A DNA stretch of 64,000 nt from positions 448,001 to 512,000 of the forward strand of contig CAXXUA010000015.1 of NCBI GenBank assembly GCA_963663765.2. The letters run 5' to 3'. Positions 59,239-64,000 of the stretch are shown piece after piece. The position numbers and the translations under genes were made by a program. This stretch comes from Candidatus Poribacteria bacterium (lineage in GTDB: Bacteria > Poribacteria > WGA-4E > WGA-3G). Under the pieces are notes generated by a model, which worked only from the letters and a program-made list of their open reading frames with translations, did no database searches and was not told where the DNA came from. Each line of letters starts with the position of its first letter. Positions within the stretch are counted from its first letter, which is position 1.

Positions 59239-61107
59239 ATGTATATTATGAAACGTACAATCTTTGTTCTAATCGTATTAACTATAGTTGTTACTTTACC
59301 GCCTTTTTACACACAATGGGTAGAATCTCAAAGGTTAAAACAGATACAAACAATTAAGCATCAAGCACGACCAATTTTGGGGCAACCGTTGCAACAGGTT
59401 TTATCTGAACTCAAAAGAAACGAACCGCCTTCAACGGTTATTCTATATACTGGTAACACAAAAAGCCATCTTGAACCGTGCGGGTGTTACCAAGAACAAG
59501 CTGGTGGATTATCAAGGCGGGCTGAAGTTATAAAACAAATTCGACAATGTGGATATCCAACAATTGTCGTTGATGCCGGAAACATATTCGACGGACAAGA
59601 GAAAATAGACGTACAACGCGCCAAAACGAATATGAAAGCATTAGCAGAAATGGACTACGCAACAGTCGCACTGAGTCACACCGATCTCACTTACGATGAC
59701 GATTATCTTATACAACAAAAGAATGTGGCTACGTTCCCATTCTTAGCACCCAATGAAACACAAACGGACTTCACAGAACCTTATGTTACCAAACAAGTTG
59801 GTCAACATACCATCGCATTTGTCGCAGGGAAGGCATCGAAACAAGCCGTATCTGAAGCGGACATTATTGTGGCGTTAGGCAATCCCCGAAAACTTGACAA
59901 TATTGACGTGATAATTCTACCAAACGAAGTAGAAGCATTGGGATCTGGTACCCAGACATTATATGTTGGTTCTAAAGTTGAAGGTAAGACATTAGGTGTA
60001 TTGGCACTGTGGTTAGATACAAATGGTGAAATTACAAATCATTACACAGCGCACATAGCATTGACTGGTGAAGTCGGTGAATCGGAATTAATCCGCAAAA
60101 TGTTAACCGAGTTTTACAAAAGCACAGCCGAAGAAAATAAAAAGTCTGGTCTACCACTCTTTGCCGAACAAGCATTAGAAAAACAGAACAGCGAGTATAT
60201 CTCAGCAAATACTTGCAAAGGTTGCCACGAACAAGAATATCTACAATGGTCAGCAACACGCCACGCTTTCGCTTATCAAACGCTTCTAAAAAAGGAACGT
60301 TACTTTGATCCGAATTGTGTCGCTTGCCATACAACAGGATTCGGTTATGCTACAGGTTACCAGATAGGGGATCAAGACTCAACGCTCAAAGGCGTGCAAT
60401 GTGAAACTTGCCACGGTCCAGGCAAACAACATGCAGGCAATCCCAAGAAAAGCAATATCCGCAGTGGTAAAGATATGTCACTTTGTCTACAGTGCCATGA
60501 TGCAGAACATTCACCAGGCTTTGCAGATGTGGTCACATTGCATACAAAAGATGTCGACCATAGCCGAGCACCGATGAACTTAGAAGAACTTTTAAAATCC
60601 CGAATAGAGCGAATGGGAAAACCAACACTTGAACTCTTTGTAATGAGTTACTGCCCTTTCGGTATCCAAGCAGAAGAAAAACTCATCCCGATTGTCAAGA
60701 AATTCGGTGACAAAATCGACTTCAAACTGCGGTTTATTGCACAAGAAAAGGATGAACTTTCTTCACAAGACATAACACCTTTTGTCAGTTTGCATGGTTA
60801 TCCAGAAGTAGCAGAAAATATGCGGCAGCTACTCATCGCACGAGAATATCCAGAGCAACTTTTAGTTTATCTCCTATGTCGTGGTAAAAAGTTGAACAAA
60901 AGTTGGGAAGATTGTGCAAAGAAACTCGGTATTGATGTGGAAAAAATAAATCGTTTGTTTAATACACCTGAGGCAGAGCAGCTGTTCAGGGAAAACATCA
61001 AACGTGCTGCTGAATTAGGTATAAAAGCATCACCAACGATTTTTGTAGATGGACAAAAATTCCCAACGAGTCAACTACTACGTGCAAGCGGAACACCTTG
61101 CCAGTAA
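59239..61107 (+). CDS. Fusion: UshA-like metallophosphoesterase-fold N-domain + tetraheme c554-like cytochrome + DsbA/thioredoxin-like domain
   Basis: LEPCGC...GGLSRR and VDAGN; four CxxCH (CKGCH, CVACH, CETCH, CLQCH); LFVMSYCPFG ... GIKASPTIFVDG. Confidence 0.82.
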   Translation: MYIMKRTIFVLIVLTIVVTLPPFYTQWVESQRLKQIQTIKHQARPILGQPLQQVLSELKRNEPPSTVILYTGNTKSHLEPCGCYQEQAGGLSRRAEVIKQIRQCGYPTIVVDAGNIFDGQEKIDVQRAKTNMKALAEMDYATVALSHTDLTYDDDYLIQQKNVATFPFLAPNETQTDFTEPYVTKQVGQHTIAFVAGKASKQAVSEADIIVALGNPRKLDNIDVIILPNEVEALGSGTQTLYVGSKVEGKTLGVLALWLDTNGEITNHYTAHIALTGEVGESELIRKMLTEFYKSTAEENKKSGLPLFAEQALEKQNSEYISANTCKGCHEQEYLQWSATRHAFAYQTLLKKERYFDPNCVACHTTGFGYATGYQIGDQDSTLKGVQCETCHGPGKQHAGNPKKSNIRSGKDMSLCLQCHDAEHSPGFADVVTLHTKDVDHSRAPMNLEELLKSRIERMGKPTLELFVMSYCPFGIQAEEKLIPIVKKFGDKIDFKLRFIAQEKDELSSQDITPFVSLHGYPEVAENMRQLLIAREYPEQLLVYLLCRGKKLNKSWEDCAKKLGIDVEKINRLFNTPEAEQLFRENIKRAAELGIKASPTIFVDGQKFPTSQLLRASGTPCQ

Positions 61108-61179
61108 TTTATGCTTAATTTGTTATTTTCCTGCGTTTTTCACCAATTTTTAGATAAAATTCAAATATTTTATGCCTTA

Positions 61180-61207
61180 TGCACCCTTTTCGGTCTAAAA
61201 CTGTGTC
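61180..61207 (+). promoter_or_regulatory. ECF-type promoter motif
   Basis: TGCACC cttttcggtctaaaact GTGTC tttaat upstream of 61313. Confidence 0.75.
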
Positions 61208-61312
61208 TTTAATTATAGAGGCTATTTCATACTGATGCGTTGATTCAGAGTTTGCATCATTGGACAACATAAAGTTTTATCTTAACAATATTTCACAAAG
61301 GAGATATAATTA

Positions 61313-61675
61313 ATGATAAAAAGACCTTTGAAAATAATACGCGCCTATCAAGGTGAATTCTTACTCACAGTCATTGTTATGGTCACAATTTTCAGCTTTA
61401 TGACGCTCTTCGGACATGGGTTATCTGATGCGACTCTTTCAAACGAAGCCCCATCTGGTCTGATACCCATAATCAAGCCTGAGTGCATAACAAGACAGGA
61501 CTGTGAAAAACCATACATTATCTGTCCAACCCCAAGAATATCGTGTCCCCAAAAGACGGAAAAAATTGGTAACCATATTATTCCTGACCGGGGGATCATC
61601 AACCCCGCATTAACCGAACCTTGCCAACAAGACACATTAAGTTCGCAAGGAGACACACAAATAAGGAGTTATTGA
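61313..61675 (+). CDS. Small exported Cys/Pro-rich hypothetical protein
   Basis: AAGGAG RBS, N-terminal TM, five Cys. Confidence 0.65.
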   Translation: MIKRPLKIIRAYQGEFLLTVIVMVTIFSFMTLFGHGLSDATLSNEAPSGLIPIIKPECITRQDCEKPYIICPTPRISCPQKTEKIGNHIIPDRGIINPALTEPCQQDTLSSQGDTQIRSY

Positions 61676-61676
61676 C

Positions 61677-62417
61677 ATGACAAAACAATTACACTGGGCA
61701 ATAGGCGGACTCGCGCTTCTTATAGTCGGTTTCGTGGCATTACAATTATATCTGTATGTTGACATAAAACGGTTCAAAGAGGAAATTGCCGGTCCAGAAC
61801 CCAAAACGGAAACAGAAACCGAACAACTCCCCGAACAGGTGCAAGTGCCTGAAGAGGATAACAGACCACCATCGCCAGATTACGGAGGTAAGTATGAGTG
61901 GCACGGGGATCATTGGCACAGAGTTGATCAACCACCCGTACAACCTGAACCAGATCCAAAAAGACATACCGGTCCTTTGACATACCACAAGGAACTTTTA
62001 GATAAGCATCCTGTTGAGGCACTGCGGCAACAGGCACGGGAATTAGGGCATTGGAGTGCTGAACATATTCCACCGTTTCCGCCAGATGACAATGAGGCAG
62101 CAGAATTCGCACGAGAACTGTATCTCTACAGATACCATAAGTGGACAGGACAGACCGACACCCCTGACTATCTGAAGGCTCTAGAGGCACAGAGTGTAAT
62201 ATTTCATGCACTTAAGGACCGGGAAAATAATTCCCCCTGGGAACTTGCCCGATACCACGATTTGATGAAATTAGTATGGCCCGATACGACGACTGACCCA
62301 TTTCCACACGTCCGTCATCCGACAACCTTCAAAGAGGGGATCAACCCATTAACAGCCCGTCCTTTACTCCCTTTTGAACTTGAGATGTCAAATCTAAAAA
62401 CAGAGGAAAACGACTGA
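61677..62417 (+). CDS. N-anchored hypothetical protein with YEWHGDHWH motif
   Basis: AAGGAG RBS, N-terminal TM, Pro/Glu linker, helical C-domain. Confidence 0.7.
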   Translation: MTKQLHWAIGGLALLIVGFVALQLYLYVDIKRFKEEIAGPEPKTETETEQLPEQVQVPEEDNRPPSPDYGGKYEWHGDHWHRVDQPPVQPEPDPKRHTGPLTYHKELLDKHPVEALRQQARELGHWSAEHIPPFPPDDNEAAEFARELYLYRYHKWTGQTDTPDYLKALEAQSVIFHALKDRENNSPWELARYHDLMKLVWPDTTTDPFPHVRHPTTFKEGINPLTARPLLPFELEMSNLKTEEND

Positions 62418-62434
62418 TACACAAAGGAGATATC

Positions 62435-64000
62435 ATGCAAAGAATATTCACAGTCCTCACACTAACTTGTTTAACACTCACGTTTTTTGTGTCGTACGCC
62501 GCATACGCTGACTTTAACGGTGATGTTGATGTCGCAGAAAAGAACATAACAACCGACAAGGATGATGCTGATACACAATATAATGTTATGCAGAATGCCA
62601 ATATCCTATATCTTCTGGCGAAATCGGAATATGAGGCAAACGAAACAAAAATTAAAAGAGGTAAGAATGTCACCGCAGTCAAATTGCTGGCTGCAACCGT
62701 GTCTGTGTATGTAAGCGGTACTCTGACTGCACCCGTAGCCGTGAGTACCCTTGTAGATATGCTGGACTTGTCAGCGTCGATAGACGATTCAACAACGCTC
62801 CTTGACGCGTATGAAACCGCGATCTCCAGAAAATACAACGAGGTAGAACAGTTTGATATTCTCTCGATTGCGTACAATATCACGTATGACATCTATATTG
62901 AGGTGCTCGCTGAACATACAGGATGGACTGAATCCTATCTCTCCACGTACATTGAAAACGAATATAATCGTAGACAGGGGATACAACATAACGGTAGTAC
63001 TACTCCCAGTGATAAGCATGGGATCGAGGGGAAAAAAGAATGGGGCGAATATGATGATACATTCCCCTCATATCCTTGTGAAGGTCCCTGTACAGTGAGT
63101 TTCATGACACCAACGAGTGAACACGTAATACAATGTGGTTCCTCCGACGATCCTGGCACTAGTAAGGTTGGAGGATGCTGGTTTCGTTACCATTCTTGCG
63201 ATATCTATGAGAAAGCAATACACACACCAGGACGATGTGAGGGAAAGCTGTGGGATGAGGCATGGACTCGGGGACCTAATGGAGAATCTGTCCCATTTTG
63301 GAGGTTAATTGACTGCGGCGAGTGGACGCGAGTGTGTTTACTCCACGTGGGCGGTCATGCCTTCCCTCTTACTCCAGGTGACAACAACTTCAATATGTTT
63401 CACTTCCTTAATATCTATAACGATGATGGCACTATACAAACCTCTACACAGGCGTACAACAACCTAATCATAGAAGAGCAGACGATCCCATCAAATTCAA
63501 ATCAACTCTGTTCAGCCTGTAATGAAACTTATACATCCAGTGAGACAAGCGAGTGCTCAACTTGTTCAAGTGATGGAGACGAGTCAGCATCTACCGATGG
63601 TTCTTCCGATTGCGCCTCATGTACGAGTACGAACGAGTGTTCTGCGTGCTATACAACTGAGACATCCACTCTTGCAAGTGAAGCCAACACGGAGACTGTG
63701 TCCACAAGTACATCAACGCCTACCGCGCCCGGTTTATATCCTGTGGGGGCATCTTTAGCGACTGTGAACGGTCAAGAGATGCCTTCATTAGCACCGGGTG
63801 ACTCACATACTGCCAAGTTGATTACGAAATCAGGTGGATATGCAATAGTGCATTGGTATTTATTGCCACCTGGGGATAGTAGAACTTACGGTGATGAGTT
63901 GTTTCCGACAACTTACGCGCAAGGTTCTACTGTTGAGACAGAGGTAACCTTTAGTTTTACGTTTCCTTCTAGTGCCGTAGGTGTGTATAAACTCACAGCA
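62435..64000 (+). CDS. Secreted Cys-rich, Ser/Thr-rich hypothetical protein; 3' partial (absent from the ORF track)
   Basis: AAGGAG RBS, then MQRIFTVLTLTCLTLTFFVSYAAYA; by manual translation the frame is open to the window end; CEGPC, CSAC, CSTC, CASC and CSAC motifs. Confidence 0.8.
   Translation, partial: MQRIFTVLTLTCLTLTFFVSYAAYADFNGDVDVAEKNITTDKDDADTQYNVMQNANILYLLAKSEYEANETKIKRGKNVTAVKLLAATVSVYVSGTLTAPVAVSTLVDMLDLSASIDDSTTLLDAYETAISRKYNEVEQFDILSIAYNITYDIYIEVLAEHTGWTESYLSTYIENEYNRRQGIQHNGSTTPSDKHGIEGKKEWGEYDDTFPSYPCEGPCTVSFMTPTSEHVIQCGSSDDPGTSKVGGCWFRYHSCDIYEKAIHTPGRCEGKLWDEAWTRGPNGESVPFWRLIDCGEWTRVCLLHVGGHAFPLTPGDNNFNMFHFLNIYNDDGTIQTSTQAYNNLIIEEQTIPSNSNQLCSACNETYTSSETSECSTCSSDGDESASTDGSSDCASCTSTNECSACYTTETSTLASEANTETVSTSTSTPTAPGLYPVGASLATVNGQEMPSLAPGDSHTAKLITKSGGYAIVHWYLLPPGDSRTYGDELFPTTYAQGSTVETEVTFSFTFPSSAVGVYKLTA

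Noticed and set aside
62341-62892. 183-aa minus-strand ORF
   Set aside because: It is the antisense shadow of the long plus-strand ORF starting at 62435, which has an RBS and a signal peptide.

Overview
This is an AT-rich bacterial window. Its LamG, TPR and TolB proteins ending in a 'VxP..KL.T.WG.LK' motif, its extended ECF sigma factor and its dense MITE/REP-like repeats suggest Candidatus Poribacteria (inference). The left half (1-33.5 kb) holds metabolic genes and a minus-strand cluster: a giant LysM/degenerate-M28/FtsX protein, an OPT-like transporter, a PqqD/RRE protein and an ABC ATPase. That cluster is interrupted by an Rpn gene, which is itself split by an intact IS with a 9-bp TSD. 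A GrdB/PrdB-like gene appears to read through a UGA as selenocysteine and has a SECIS-like hairpin. The right half (36.7-64 kb) looks like one undescribed extracytoplasmic regulon. An invariant TGCACC-N17-GTGTC promoter-like motif (9 copies, 6 loci) precedes a membrane-anchored ECF sigma gene and two partly duplicated cassettes carrying secreted proteins and non-canonical STT3-like oligosaccharyltransferases, one of them also with a GspC-like protein. The same motif precedes an operon for an 82-aa Flp-pilin-leader/Cys-rich peptide with an A24 prepilin peptidase and a tetraheme-cytochrome/thioredoxin fusion, and a further secreted-protein cassette. No rRNA, tRNA or CRISPR array was recognised. 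All product calls come from motif recognition by eye; no database search was run.
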